This document shows positions 39,501 through 50,421 of a stretch of 64,000 nucleotides of DNA, piece by piece. The DNA is from Camelus ferus. Taxonomy: Eukaryota. A program made the position numbers and the translations under genes. The notes under the pieces were generated by a model, which was given only the letters and a program-made list of their open reading frames with translations, made no database searches and was not told where the DNA came from. Within the stretch, counting starts at the first letter, position 1; each line of letters opens with the position of its first letter. The stretch spans positions 11,658,001 to 11,722,000 of the forward strand of contig NC_045696.1 in assembly GCF_009834535.1 (NCBI RefSeq), given 5' to 3'.

Positions 39501-42500
39501 TGATGTTCCAAAATTGAGACACTTCAGGAATTATGTAGACAGAATTGGCTTTTGAATTAAACAGGTGTGTTTGCTTTTATGCAGTAGCTATGATCCTTAA
39601 GACTTCCATGAAGGTGAATAATTTCACCATCAAATTCTGTAATTACAGTTGACTCTTGAACAGTGTGGAGATTAGGGGCTCTGACTCCCACACAGTCCAA
39701 AATCCACATGTAACTTTGTAATTGGCCCTTCATACCCGCAGTTCCACACCTGCAAGTTACCCAGCTGTGGACTGTGTAGGACATATTTACTGGACACAGT
39801 CTGTATATGAGTAGATGATGGAGTTCAAACCCATGTTATTTAGGAGTCAGCAGTACTTTAAAATTGGTAACTGAGTTGTGGTGATTTCACCTAAGCTTTG
39901 GATTTTTCTGCCTAGAATTTTGATACATTTATAATCAGCAATTTTTAACATTTTAAATTAGAACATTAGAGCACCAAAATACTGGTATAAATAGCACTCA
40001 AAAGAAACGTGAAGAAACTTTTAAAATATTTTTTCTTGTTGTGAACTTTGCTATAATATTGGTTATATTAAATTATAAGCCAGAAGGATCTACCAAGGTG
40101 TTTGTTTACCCTATAAAAGTGTTCTTCTTCAAAGCTTTTAAGATATTTGAGTTGATAACTCGAAATACTGCATTATATTATTCCACTAGAGTTAGGTAGT
40201 TAGAAAAAGTTCCCAATTACTCATCACAGTGCCTGCAACTTAGTATATAACATTGTTCAGTGAATGACTAATAGTGATTAATCCACAAAAAATATTTACC
40301 TTGGATATGAATTTATGCATGAATACACTATTTTCTCAGAAGGTAAAGCACTTCAAACAAAACATGGGGAAGGTCTCGCACAGAAACTTGAAAGCTGCTT
40401 ATCACATTGTCTGCATCTCCTCCTGCACTTCCTAGACTGCAGAACTCCAGCCTAAAGAGTCTATTTTAAGTTTAAAGCCCTCTCACATATTTTTGGGCTT
40501 GAGGAAGGTGGGAGGGGCAGACACTCTGGGCTCTAGATTAATTGTGATAGACAAAGATAATGCTGTGAAGAATTTCAGGTAAGATTTTTTTCCAGCTAAC
40601 ATTGGAAATAAAATACCCTGTGGATAATCTCATTATGTGATGGGTTAACTGTATATCCCAAACATCTTGACTTTTTAATAGTACAACTCTTAACTCAAAG
40701 TCACAACTGTTACACTTTGCCAGTTATAGTAAAATAGCAATTCATATACAAACTGAAATTCTTAAAGACAACCATAAATAACCGTAGGGAAATTGATCAA
40801 ACCTTATTGTACGTTATTTTGCAAAACACCAAGGAGTCATTTCAAAGAGATAATAATAGTCTCTTATTTTTCATTTGAAATTATGGTTTTATGTATTAGA
40901 TTTTATCAAAACACAATGTACTCTATGCTCAAAATAGATACACATCTTATATATTATTGAAAATTTAAATTTCTCTTATTTATTGCTAACATTCTAAGAA
41001 TGATTTTTTGGTATAATTATAATGTAATCTAAATATGCTTTTTCTCTTTCTTTGAAAACTAGCTCCTCATTTTTCCAAACTCCCCAGCTCCCAACACAGT
41101 GCCTACTATAAGAGTCGCCTGAGAATCTGTTCAAAATAATTAAGCTCTAAATATTATTAATCGGTGAATCTAGGCAAAGGAAATACATGTATGGATTGTA
41201 CTGTTATTTCAATTTTCTGAAGGTCTGGAGTAAAAACAACAAACATTTTTATGATTAAAATATATGTTTTTTATATAATGTACACATACGAATCTCAGGG
41301 TATTGGTAGGAGAGACGACAGTGGTTGATAAATCTTTTTCCTTATGTGAACAAATTTTGTGTTAGGTTCATGCAAGAATGCCACAGAAATTCATTCTGTT
41401 GGAATCAAGTAAGGTGGAACTGCGACTAGGAACAGAAAAGAAGGTTGTGAGAGAACACTGCTGCTTTGCTTAAAATAAATTTCAGATCTTCATAGGTTTA
41501 CAGTGGACTCACTGCCCTGGGGAGAGACCTGGACCTTGTAGGCAGCCACTGCTCTTGCCCCATGAGAGGTATCTTTTGATGAGTTGGTCGTCACTTATGG
41601 TGCCATCATTTATTCATTCATACATTCAACATGTATTTACTCAATACCTACTGTGTGCCAGGCACCCTTTTGGGTACTAAAGATACCCGAATGACAAGAT
41701 ACGAGCTGTTTTCCTGGGGCTTACATTCTAGTGGGGGCTTAGATCGTAAGCCAATAATTTTGCATGGAGATGCTCCAATGAAGAGAGTAAAGCAGAGACT
41801 GGGATCGGAGGAATGTTGCATGATATGTGCTATTATAAATGGGTTGGCCAGGGAGGGCAGCTAAGGAGATAATACGGAGATAAAAGAGGAAAGAGCCATG
41901 TAAATGCAGAGGGAAAACATTTCAGGAGGAATAACAGAAGGGAAGCTTGGACTGAGAACAAACTTGGCTTGTTGGAGGGACTCCAGTGGGCTGTTAGGGC
42001 TGGAGCAGGGGTGATCAAAGGGAAGAGCAGCAAGTGATGAGTTCAGAGCTGGTTGTTGGGCTGGTCATGAGTCCAGCAGGAGTTGGTGTAAGACTTGAGC
42101 AAAGTGTTGTAATCTGGTTCACATTTCTTAAAGGATTACATATGGGTATTCTGTAGAAACCAAACTATAGGAGTTGGTAAGAGTAGAAAGAGGAGACTAG
42201 TATGGATGCCATTGGAATAGATGAGGTTAGAGAGCTAGCAGTGTGCACTGGGATGGTATAGTGAAAGTAGTAGGCAGTCGGATTCGGAATGTATTTTAAA
42301 GATAGAGCCTCAGAATGGCCTTATTACTTAAATATGGGAGGGAAAGGAGTCAAGAATGATTAAGTATTTGACCTGAGCAATTGGTAGAGTGTAACTGCCA
42401 CTCCTGAGATGGGCAGATCTCAAAGAAGAGCAGGCTTAGGAGAAGGATGTTGAGTTAAAATGTTGGATGTTTTAATATTCAGGGGCAACTAAATATTCAG

Positions 42501-45500
42501 GTCAACTAAACAACTGGTAAATAAAGTCTAAAGATGTAAATTCTGGTATCATCAGCCAATATAGATACTATTTACAGCCACCAGAGCCTGTAAGATTACC
42601 TAAGGAAGAAATAAATGTAGGGGAGTAGTGAGGGATGAGCCCAGGAACACTTCAGAATTTAGCAGTTGAGAATCTGATATGGAGAACTAAGACATGTTGG
42701 GAACTCTTCTAAGTGTTATTTAAGCCTTACAGTCCTTTGAAGTTGACACAGTTACTCCCATTTTGTGGATGGGAAGTCTGAAGCATCAAGAGGTGAAGTA
42801 ACTTGCCCAAGCTCACAGCACCAAGTGGCAGAGTCTAGAATTCAACACCTACACTTTTAACCACTATCCTGTAATTTTCCATCCAGCAAAGTATACTGAC
42901 AGGGCACAGCCAGTGGGCAAGGAAGCAAAAATCCTTTAAGCCCAGGAAAGAGAGTTCCTAGGAATGAGGGAGAGATCAACTATCAGATGCCTTTGTTGGG
43001 GCAAAGAAGATTGCTGAGACTTGCCAACTGGATTATAGGAATATGAAGGCTTCTGGGTGACCTTGAGAAATGTGGTTTCATTGGCGTGATAAGTTCAAAA
43101 GCCTATATAAGTAAATGCAGGATCAGGAGATAATGAGAGGAAGAAACGGATAGTGATTTTGGACATCTCTTTGAGGAGGTGTGCTATATAGGTAACCAGT
43201 AAAATGGTGATAGCTGAAGGGAGATGCAAGGTGAAGGAGGGGGTTTTTGTTCATTTTTATTTCTAAAAGACTGACAAAGACTAGAAATTTTTATTGGAAA
43301 GCCCAGTAGAGGGGTAATTTCTGATGTAAGAAAGGAGATACTTGCTAGGTTGATAGCCTTATGAAGGTGAGAGGGCACGTACTTAGGATTTGAATAAGAG
43401 GCTTCTTTAGCCTTTGGAACACAGTTCACAGACAGGCGGAGTGACACAGATACAGGTGCGGGTAAATTGGTAGATTTGGTGGTAGGCAGGTGGATAAAGT
43501 CTTTATAACTGCCTTTTTAAAATGATAAACCAACTAGGATAAGTAAAATCTGGTATTTCTGTATAATGGAATATTCACTGGTAATACAAAGAAATGAAAG
43601 ACTTACACCAGCTACAACATGGATGGGCCTTGAGAAGATATGCTGAGTGAAAGAAGCCTGTCACAAAGGATCACACATTGTATGGTTCCACTTATATTAA
43701 ATGTCCAGAATAGGCAAGTCCATAGAGATGAAAAAAATAGAATATGTGGTTGCCTGGGGATTGAGGTGGAGTTAGAGGGAAATGGAGAATGATGGTTAAT
43801 GGATACAGGGTTTCCTTTTGAGGTTGTGGAAATGTTCTAATATTTACTGTGATGGTTGCCCAACTCTGGATATATTAAAAACCATTGAATTTTACCCTTT
43901 ACGTGGATGAATTACAGGCTCTGAATTTTATCTCTGAAGCTGTACACAGCAAACCAGCCAAGAGTAGTGGAATTAAGGAGAAACAGGAACAAATGAAACA
44001 CATTATCTAGAAACATGAGAATGTGAATCAACTAGGAAAATTAGAATTGCTCGCCAGATTTAAGGGAGCACTTGTATTTGTAGTTATAAATTTTAAATAA
44101 GACCAGTCAGCATGTTGGGGGTGGTGCGCAGCTGTGTTCATGTGCAGATCAGGTAGAAGAGTTGCATTTAAAACCAACGATGAGGTTTTTCCGGGCAACA
44201 TGGTGAGGGAGAACCATGGACTCCAAGGCAGGTAAGGAGGAAAGTAAAGATGTGAAGGGCACTGGGGACATGATCCTAGTGGGAATGACAGTTGCTCTGG
44301 GAAGGGGGTTAGAGTCGGGTATTTGAAAAACAGAACTCGGCAGTGATAAAGTTATTTGTAATGAAAGGTCCAGGACTTCGTAGAGGCAGTGGCTGTGATA
44401 GGATGGAAGCCGAGAGCATGGTGCAGAATAGGTAGAATGAGCACCTTGCTTTTTCTACTAACTTGCCTTTTCAGATATTCCTTCTGCTCGTCCTCCTCCT
44501 CCCTTCCTTTCCTTTTTCACATAGCAAATCCTTGCTTTTTTTGAAAGATCCAAATTAAATCCTCCATGAAAGTGTCCAACTAATGTGCTCAGTTGATCAC
44601 TCCTATAGTGTTTAATTCAAGCCTTTGTAACTTTCTGTATGTCTCTCTAACTACGCAACTGTGGCCATCCTTGGCGGGAAGTGCCCTATTCGTTTATGTA
44701 CATTTGTATCCCTTATTTATAAATATCTTCTAGATTTCAAGGTCCACACTGGTCTCAAGCCATATCAACCTACTCATCCCTGGCCACCCCTTTAGCCTTT
44801 TAACATACTTGTTCTTTTTCCCCCATAATTACCAACATCTTTGCTAGAGATAGCAATGGCACCTCCCCTTTAATCTTGACTTAAATTTTTAAATTGTGAA
44901 ACTGTCAGGTGTTTTTTTTTTTTGGCTTATTGTAAGAAATAGCTAGTTAAATGCCTGTGTATTTCTTATACTTCTCTAATTTGAATGCAGACATTTGAGA
45001 CTGTCACTTTTTTCGTCTGCCCTAAAATCCTACTGTATTAGAAAATTTGGAAATTTCTGTCTAGAGTGATATTTCCCCAGGTCTGAACTCTTCCCTTTTT
45101 TGTTTTGCCCATATTCTGGATAAGTTAACACCATGACTCTTCTGTGCTCTACCTATATGCATTTAATCAGTTTCTTCAGCGCATTTCCACTGGATGTTGC
45201 CCAGGCCCCTCCAACTCTCAGTATTACCATGTAAAATTTATCATGTCTTCAAAAATTGCATCTCTTCCTAAATTTCTGCATTGCGTTGATGTCTCCATCC
45301 ACTTGTTCATTCAAAGCAGAGAGCTATGTTCCTTCTCTTAAATTCTCAGTTCTGCCTGCTAACGGTCTTAAATCTGCTTCTCAGCTCCAGTACCTCTTTA
45401 GTTCAGTCTTTTTCCTGGATTCTTAGATTAAGAGCCTAGCTGCTCTCCAGCGTCCTCCCCCTTGCTTTCCTGTATACAGCTTGCTAGAGGGATCTTTCAA

Positions 45501-48500
45501 AATGAACATGGGGTCATCCTTGCTAAAAATTCCTCCATAGTTTTCCCATCACTCTAAAATCAGGGTCCAAGTTCCTTGTCATGGCATACAAGATTGAATT
45601 GCCCCAGCCTACCTGTTCAGCCTCACAAAACTCAACTTTTTTCTTTTAATTGATAGCTGTTTTTATTTATACAGATTTCTTTCTAGCTGCTTCAGTAATA
45701 AACCTCATCTTCTCTCTGATTTTCCTCAAATGTTCTATTGCAAGTCTTAAAACAGCACACTTTACTGCTTCACCTTCCTGTTGATAAGCCTTTCAGAAGC
45801 TGCTGTTCTCTTGACCAGTAATAACCTTTCTTACTCGTATTGACCTTGTATGTTTTCCCCTTCGAGACCCAATTCAGACATCCCCTGGGATTCCCACTCA
45901 GATTCACATACACCAGCTTTATCAGTTCCACCCTTGTCAGCATACTATAGTATGTGCCATCTCCTACAGCAGTTGACATTTGTGTTTCTACGAGGCGCTC
46001 TCCTGTTTGAAGGGAAGGACTAAATTTTTTTAATCTTTAATCCCTAGCACATTAAATGAGTTAATGTAAACCTCAGATGTTCAACACATGTATGAGTGAA
46101 TTTTTTTGAGTTTGTAACTCGTGAGTGATACTGCATGTCATACTTCCAAATAAAATGAATAACTGCTTTGAATGCCATTTAGACATGGGTAACCCACTAT
46201 ATATTCTGTCGGCATGTGCATAGTGTCAGCTTTCCTAATAAAAATAAAAGTTAATTTCAGCTACTATGCCTACCAAGAGCTTGTGCCGCCTGATGTATTT
46301 TTAAATATAACTTCTATTATAAAAGCTGTACTTTTTTATTTGAATGCAAAACAACAGATAAGCAAAAACAGTCCATAATTTCACCACTTCTGTGGTCTGA
46401 AGGCCAACATTTGGAACAATGGGAATATTCTAACAGGGAAATCTATAAACTTTGATGGTCTATAAAGTGTTAGAAGGAAATGGACTTATCTATGAAAAGG
46501 GGAAGGGATTTGAGTATATAGTATTTTAAGCAAATCCCAAATACAAATATCCACTTTTATGGACTAGATGAATTAGGCACTAGTTTTTCTAGGCGGTTTA
46601 AACATAAAAGTTAACCCTGTCAAATCAATCTGTATACACCTTCAAATGCATATGATAAAGGACTTAGAGATGTGTTCCTAGAGACAGGGTTATATTTTAT
46701 AAAGAATCATTGCTCATTTGATCTCTTCTGTACAAGGTTGAGGTTGGCCTTGCTTCTTTTGGCAGCTGTCAGATGGGTAGTTGAGGAAGCCAGTCATCAT
46801 GGAGAAATTAGGAATAGGACCTTCCCATCATTCTGTAAATCAGTGTTTCCTGTTAAAGACTCATCTGAACCTAAAACTTTTGTTATAAGAAGATGCTTTG
46901 AACCTCTTCCCCGTTTTTCTAGTGTTATTTTAAAACTTGCTTTTGGCCCTTTGATCCTATAGTTGGGTACTGGAATGTGCTACAGTAACTTTTTAATAGT
47001 AAACATTGATCGTTTTAGTCCTTGAACAAAAGCTGGTAGGGGGCATTATAGCTCATGGGTAGAGTGTGTGCTTAAATTAACGTGCATGAGGTCCTGGGTT
47101 CAATCCCCAGTACTGCCATTAAAATAAATAAATAAACCTAATCCCCCCCCCAAAATGTTTTTTAGAAAGCTAGTGGGAAAGTAGAGTTTGACTTTTTAAA
47201 GTATTTCCATATATACCTCTATTAAAAGAGGTTGTCCCTGGGTACATACTTTTTTGCTGCCTGTTTTGAGTTGAAGTCCACAAATACTGGGACTGCACGA
47301 TGCATTTAGAAAGTGGGAGAAAGGTGGGGAGGGTGTAGTATAGCTCAGTGGTAGAGTGCCGTGCTAACCACGCACAAGGTCCTGGGTTCAGTCCCCAGTG
47401 CCTCCATTAAAATGAATGAATGAACAAACCAACCTAATTACCTCCCCTCCCCACCCCCCCAAAAAAAGTTTTTAAAAAAAGTGGGAGAAAGGACCTATCT
47501 TGGGTGCCTTGTTGTCCTGCTGTATGGTATACGCTCAGATGTTCACTAAATGATATGAAGAATGTTTGTCTGCTGTGGATTTCATGTCAGTCTGATATGG
47601 TATAGGTGGTGGTTCTATATATGTTCATTGGAATTTTCCTAAGGACAGTCTGAAGAATCTGTGGACGGATGAGGTCTTTGCCTTATCCATCTATTTCATC
47701 ATTTCACCTTTCACCATGGTAATTAGTATTTCTAAACTTTGGGCCTGGCATATGGAAGCTCAGTGTATTCATATCTTTCCCAACTACCAGAGTGCTTGAC
47801 TGTAAACTATGGTGGTTTTGGGGGGACCAGGAGAGGCTAGTAAGATCTTAACAGTCAGAAATGAAAAATGCTGTTTTTGCAAAGTGAAATATTTATCATC
47901 TGTCTGAATACATGTGTGAATAATAACAAGCACCCAACTGTGTGCCAAGCTCTAAGCTCACTTAGATGTTCATCTCATTTTATCTCAAAATGAGGCAGGT
48001 AAGTTGTCCGCATTTCTGAGGCATGTGTCCAAGGTCACCTCTGTGTTAAAACTTGTTTCACCAAACATAGTTCTCTTTAAGCATTTGAAAGAAGATACTC
48101 TGTTAAAGTAAATACCAAAGTGGTGAGTCTTCAGTGTTAAGAGAAGTATAGACTGATACACGTATATTTTCCAGTCTGCTCTGTTTAGTGCCTAAGTCTA
48201 GCAGAATAGTATTGGAGCACCTGTTTTGAGGAGTGCAAACTAAAGTAGAAATTCTTACCTGTCGTATTAGTATTAACTGTTTATACAAAAAATCTAGGAG
48301 CAAACAGGACTTGTTAAATGTTTGCTAAAGTGAGTAGGAGGAAGTGTCTTAAACCGAAACTTATGAGCAAACCCTCCTGTAAATGGGACATAAAACCAGT
48401 AAGTCATTGTCACTTTCAGTAGCACTAACTTTATCAGTTTTGCCACCTTTGGGCAAAAAGTGAATGGCTGAACACTCAGCATGGTTTAGCAGTCATTTCA

Positions 48501-50086
48501 GCCCAGCAGCATACATGTTATGCTGTGCTTTGGAAAGGGGCCTGTTTGTGCACGGGTCATTTGATAAGCATTAGTGTTTAAGTAATGCTTACTGCATAAT
48601 AACTACGTGAAGCATTTTAGTGACAAAGAGCCCTCTCTCTTTACTGGATTTTCTGGGTCATTGGCCACATTTTCTTCTAGTAATAAATTAAGACTTGGAG
48701 TATAAAATTTTCCGAGAGTATACCTGAAATAACCTTCAATTGGTTCAGTTCGGTTCTTTATTTCATTAGGGCACAGCACGTGTTTCTTGAGTATTTTGAA
48801 TGGTAAAACAGCTACTAATCAAGGCTATGAAAGGAGATTTTCACATACTCTTTCCAAAAATTGATATAATTTCCTTTTGCAGTTTATTTTGACTTCTACT
48901 TATATTAGGTACTAATGTTTTTATGTATGTTAGTAATAGATAGCTTTATCTAATTTAAGTGTGTAACATATCTTTAGAACTGCTTGCCATGGGTTGTTAC
49001 TGGGCCCTCGCATTGAGTTTCTCCCAGGTAGACTGGCAAACAATACAAAGTTTGAAGATTTTGGTCTGAATTTCATTTTACTTCAAGCTCCACAGGAAAT
49101 AGTTGAAAGTAGTGTGACGTCTTCTATGTTATTTACATTTTTATTTTTATTGCCTCTCAGGTACTCAAGGAGTTGCACCTGGTCCTGTAATTGGGCTCCA
49201 AGCCCCATCCACTGGTCTTCTTGGTGCCCGACCTGGCCTAATCCCACTCCAGCGCCCGCCAGGAATGCCTCCACCCCATTTACAGCGATTTCCTCTGATG
49301 CCACCTCGTCCCATGCCACCTCACATGATGCATAGAGGTCCGCCACCAGGCCCAGGGGGCTTTGGAATGCCTCCGCCTCACGGAATGAAAGGCCCCTTTC
49401 CACCCCATGGCCCCTTTGTTCGGCCTGGTGGAATGCCGGGGCTCGGGGCCCCAGGACCAGGCCCAGGCGCTCCTGAAGACAGAGACGGAAGGCAGCCGCA
49501 GCAGCCACCACCAACTCAGCAGCCGCCACCGACTCAGCAGCCGCCACCGACTCAGCAGCCGCCACCGACTCAGCACCAGCCACAGCCGTTTAGAAACGAT
49601 AACAGGCAGCAGTTCAATGCAGGTAGAGACCAAGAAAGGTTTGGAAGAAGATCTTTCGGAAGTAGGGTGGAGAATGACCGGGAACGGTATGGGAACCGTA
49701 ATGATGATAGAGATAATTGTAATCGTGAAAGGAGAGAGTGGGGAAGAAGGAGCCCTGACCGGGACAGGCACCGAGACTTGGAAGAGAGGAATAGACGCTC
49801 TAGTGGGCACCGAGACAGAGAGAGAGATTCTAGAGATAGAGAGTCTCGTAGGGAGAAGGAAGAAAACCGAGGGAAGGAAAAGCCCGAGGTGGCAGACAGG
49901 GCCAGTGGGAACAAAGCCGCTGAACCTCCCCTTAGCCAAGTGGGAACCGTAGACACTGTTTCAGAACTTGGCAAGGGGGAGTCTGAGTCTGCAGTCGTAA
50001 GACCTTCTGAAGAGTTGCCTGCTGAGGCTACCTCATCCGTTGAACCTGACAAGGATTCCGGCTCAGCAGCAGAGGCTCCTCGTTAG
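15460..50086 (+). CDS. SCAF4: SCAF4, spliced CDS span (exons 2-20; exon 1 upstream of window); CID domain, RS domain, RRM, Pro-rich and RD/RE-rich C-terminus
   Basis: 19 exons with AG/GT boundaries join in phase (3435 nt) into LFSLMDMKPPISRAKMILITKAAIKAIK...SGSAAEAPR*, recognisable as SCAF4; SOD1 is the known convergent neighbour. Confidence 0.97.
16441..16485 (+). CDS. SCAF4: SCAF4 exon 3, LYKHVVQIVEKFIKK
   Basis: ttttcag|CTT...AAG|gtaact; 45 nt, phase 0/0. Confidence 0.95.
17500..17830 (-). mobile_element. LINE-1 3' fragment
   Basis: ORF 17645-17833 contains ILPFAETWMDLEGIMLSEI (L1 ORF2 extreme C-terminus). Confidence 0.85.
18516..18677 (+). CDS. SCAF4: SCAF4 exon 4, CKPEYKVPGLYVIDSIVRQ...CPSEDK
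   Basis: ttgtag|TGT...AAG|gtatag; contains the CID DSI motif. Confidence 0.95.
19780..19915 (+). CDS. SCAF4: SCAF4 exon 5, SKIVRVLNLWQKNGVF...NNE
   Basis: acag|AGT...GAAG|gtatgg; 136 nt. Confidence 0.95.
20229..20368 (+). CDS. SCAF4: SCAF4 exon 6, SPPPPVKV...QGQQ
   Basis: ttttag|GT...CAG|gtaaac; within ORF 20210-20443. Confidence 0.93.
20982..21158 (+). CDS. SCAF4: SCAF4 exon 7, LQQILQTFQQPPKP...AFDK
   Basis: tttaag|CTT...AAG|gtacgc; 177 nt. Confidence 0.93.
22698..23103 (-). mobile_element. MLT2-type (ERVL) solo LTR within old L1 remnants
   Basis: tgtattagggttctccagagaaacagaa...gactgattggatgaggc...ttaaccatca. Confidence 0.8.
23980..24152 (+). mobile_element. 5'-truncated L1 3' end
   Basis: ctgtgtagcacagggaactat...tgctgtacaccagaaattgacac followed by an A-rich tail. 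Confidence 0.75.
25360..25598 (+). CDS. SCAF4: SCAF4 exon 8, KLLDRFDYDDEP with poly-Ala tract
   Basis: tttcag|AAG...CCCTT|gtgagt; 239 nt. Confidence 0.93.
25971..26079 (+). CDS. SCAF4: SCAF4 exon 9, GFPGDGMQQPAYTQHQ...HHQ
   Basis: ttttag|T GGA...CAG|gtaggg; 109 nt. Confidence 0.93.
26950..27248 (+). mobile_element. Tigger1-like (TcMar) fragment
   Basis: aaattgaaggtttgtagcaacc...ggtctggaactgaacccacaatatctctgaggtgtgcctg terminal sequence. Confidence 0.8.
27986..28150 (+). CDS. SCAF4: SCAF4 exon 10, VPLPPNGQMPGFGLLPTPP...THQ
   Basis: caaag|GTT...CAG|gtaaaa; 165 nt. Confidence 0.9.
28684..28769 (+). CDS. SCAF4: SCAF4 exon 11, EMEVEQPCIQEVKR...SRSAS
   Basis: ttaaag|GAA...TCCAG|gtaatt; 86 nt. 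Confidence 0.92.
29446..29636 (+). CDS. SCAF4: SCAF4 exon 12, RS domain
   Basis: attag|G TCA CCA...AGTG|gtaaat; SPKRRRSRSGSRSRRSRHRRSRSRSRD. Confidence 0.94.
30552..30652 (+). CDS. SCAF4: SCAF4 exon 13, RRM start (CSTTLWVGQLDK)
   Basis: tttaag|TT TGT...AAT|gtgagt; 101 nt. Confidence 0.94.
31085..31198 (+). CDS. SCAF4: SCAF4 exon 14, RRM (MIPPRGCAYIVM)
   Basis: gcag|ATG...AAG|gtacta; 114 nt. Confidence 0.94.
32049..32205 (+). CDS. SCAF4: SCAF4 exon 15, IAWALNKGIKADYKQYWD...LNP
   Basis: aatag|ATT...CCAG|gtaaag; 157 nt. Confidence 0.94.
33030..33275 (+). mobile_element. MIR SINE, near full length
   Basis: gtggttaagaacatagac...ctcatttataaaatgaggataataata...gtgcctggcacatagtaagc. Confidence 0.85.
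33466..33623 (+). CDS. SCAF4: SCAF4 exon 16, WKGIPKKHENEV...VPPPQ
   Basis: catag|AT TGG...CAG|gtaaga; 158 nt. Confidence 0.94.
34876..35041 (+). CDS. SCAF4: SCAF4 exon 17, Pro-rich
   Basis: ttctag|GTC CCA...CCAG|gtacac; 166 nt. Confidence 0.93.
35132..35218 (+). CDS. SCAF4: SCAF4 exon 18, FLPPGPPPPITPP...IPN
   Basis: ttctag|GT TTT...AACT|gtaagc; 87 nt. Confidence 0.93.
35376..35567 (+). CDS. SCAF4: SCAF4 exon 19, TIAGINEDTTKD...PVSLL
   Basis: cttag|CT ACT...CTTG|gtaagt; 192 nt; possible internal acceptor before 35442. Confidence 0.9.
39646..39853. mobile_element. Tigger-derived MITE (MER8/Tigger2-like)
   Basis: TA-cagttgactcttgaac ... taggagtcagcag-TA; degenerate TIRs with TA duplication. 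Confidence 0.7.
41605..43500 (-). mobile_element. L2 LINE remnant (with nested MIR ~42720-42870)
   Basis: cattcattcatacattcaacatgtatttactcaatacctactgtgtgccaggcac is the L2 3' end in reverse; purine-rich L2 body follows. Confidence 0.7.
43540..43945 (+). mobile_element. L1M 3' fragment
   Basis: gctacaacatggatgggccttgag...gctgagtgaaagaagcc...aaaaccattgaattttac. Confidence 0.8.
47039..47156 (+). mobile_element. tRNA-derived SINE (camelid-type)
   Basis: tatagctcatgggtagagtg...gtcctgggttcaatccccagtac...(aaat)n aaacctaatcccccc. Confidence 0.85.
47325..47477 (+). mobile_element. tRNA-derived SINE with 15-bp target-site duplication
   Basis: tatagctcagtggtagagtg...gggttcagtccccag; AAAGTGGGAGAAAGG at 47310-47324 and 47478-47492. 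Confidence 0.9.
49161..50086 (+). CDS. SCAF4: SCAF4 terminal exon 20, coding part
   Basis: ctctcag|GT ACT CAA; continues as ORF 49265-50086 ending AAEAPR-TAG. Confidence 0.96.
49499..49570 (+). repeat. Coding 18-bp tandem repeat x4 (QQPPPT)
   Basis: cagcagccRccaccRact x4; last three units identical. Confidence 0.95.
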
Positions 50087-50272
50087 AGACTGGAATTTGT
50101 CAAAATGTGACAGTGACGCTTCCGGAGTGTAGAGCTTGAGGTGTACAGATGCTGTATCATATTTGCTCCTGCTTATCAGCCCCGCAGTAGTTGGCGGGGA
50201 ATTGTAAGCAATTTGATTGCTTCCCTTCTATTTAAAAATAGCCACAAAATAACAAAAAATACTGAAAATATG

Positions 50273-50421
50273 AATAAATATTACCCTTTTTGCTGTAACT
50301 TTTTAAAAGTTTTGACTTTAAAAAGTTTACAAATCGTAATTAGAAGTGCTATTTTTTTTTTTAATTTAAGACAAGGTAACGGTGAAAGCTCCTCAAAAAC
50401 AATAGGGATGTTTTTAATAAA
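50273..50421 (+). terminator. Candidate SCAF4 polyadenylation signals
   Basis: AATAAA at 50273-50278 and 50416-50421; the second is followed by U/GU-rich sequence (tttaatgtgtgttattct). Confidence 0.55.

Noticed and set aside
40570..40590. AG|GTAAGA recursive-splice-like motif (similar at 38145)
   Set aside because: No polypyrimidine tract, and the intron is short for recursive splicing
47039..47477. tRNA-like sequences (also at 14108 and 53955)
   Set aside because: A/B boxes followed by SINE tails and TSDs; not tRNA genes
49083..50052. Long antisense and alternate-frame ORFs (166, 219, 181, 160 aa) over SCAF4 exon 20
   Set aside because: Shadows of a GC-rich, low-complexity coding exon; no independent gene signals
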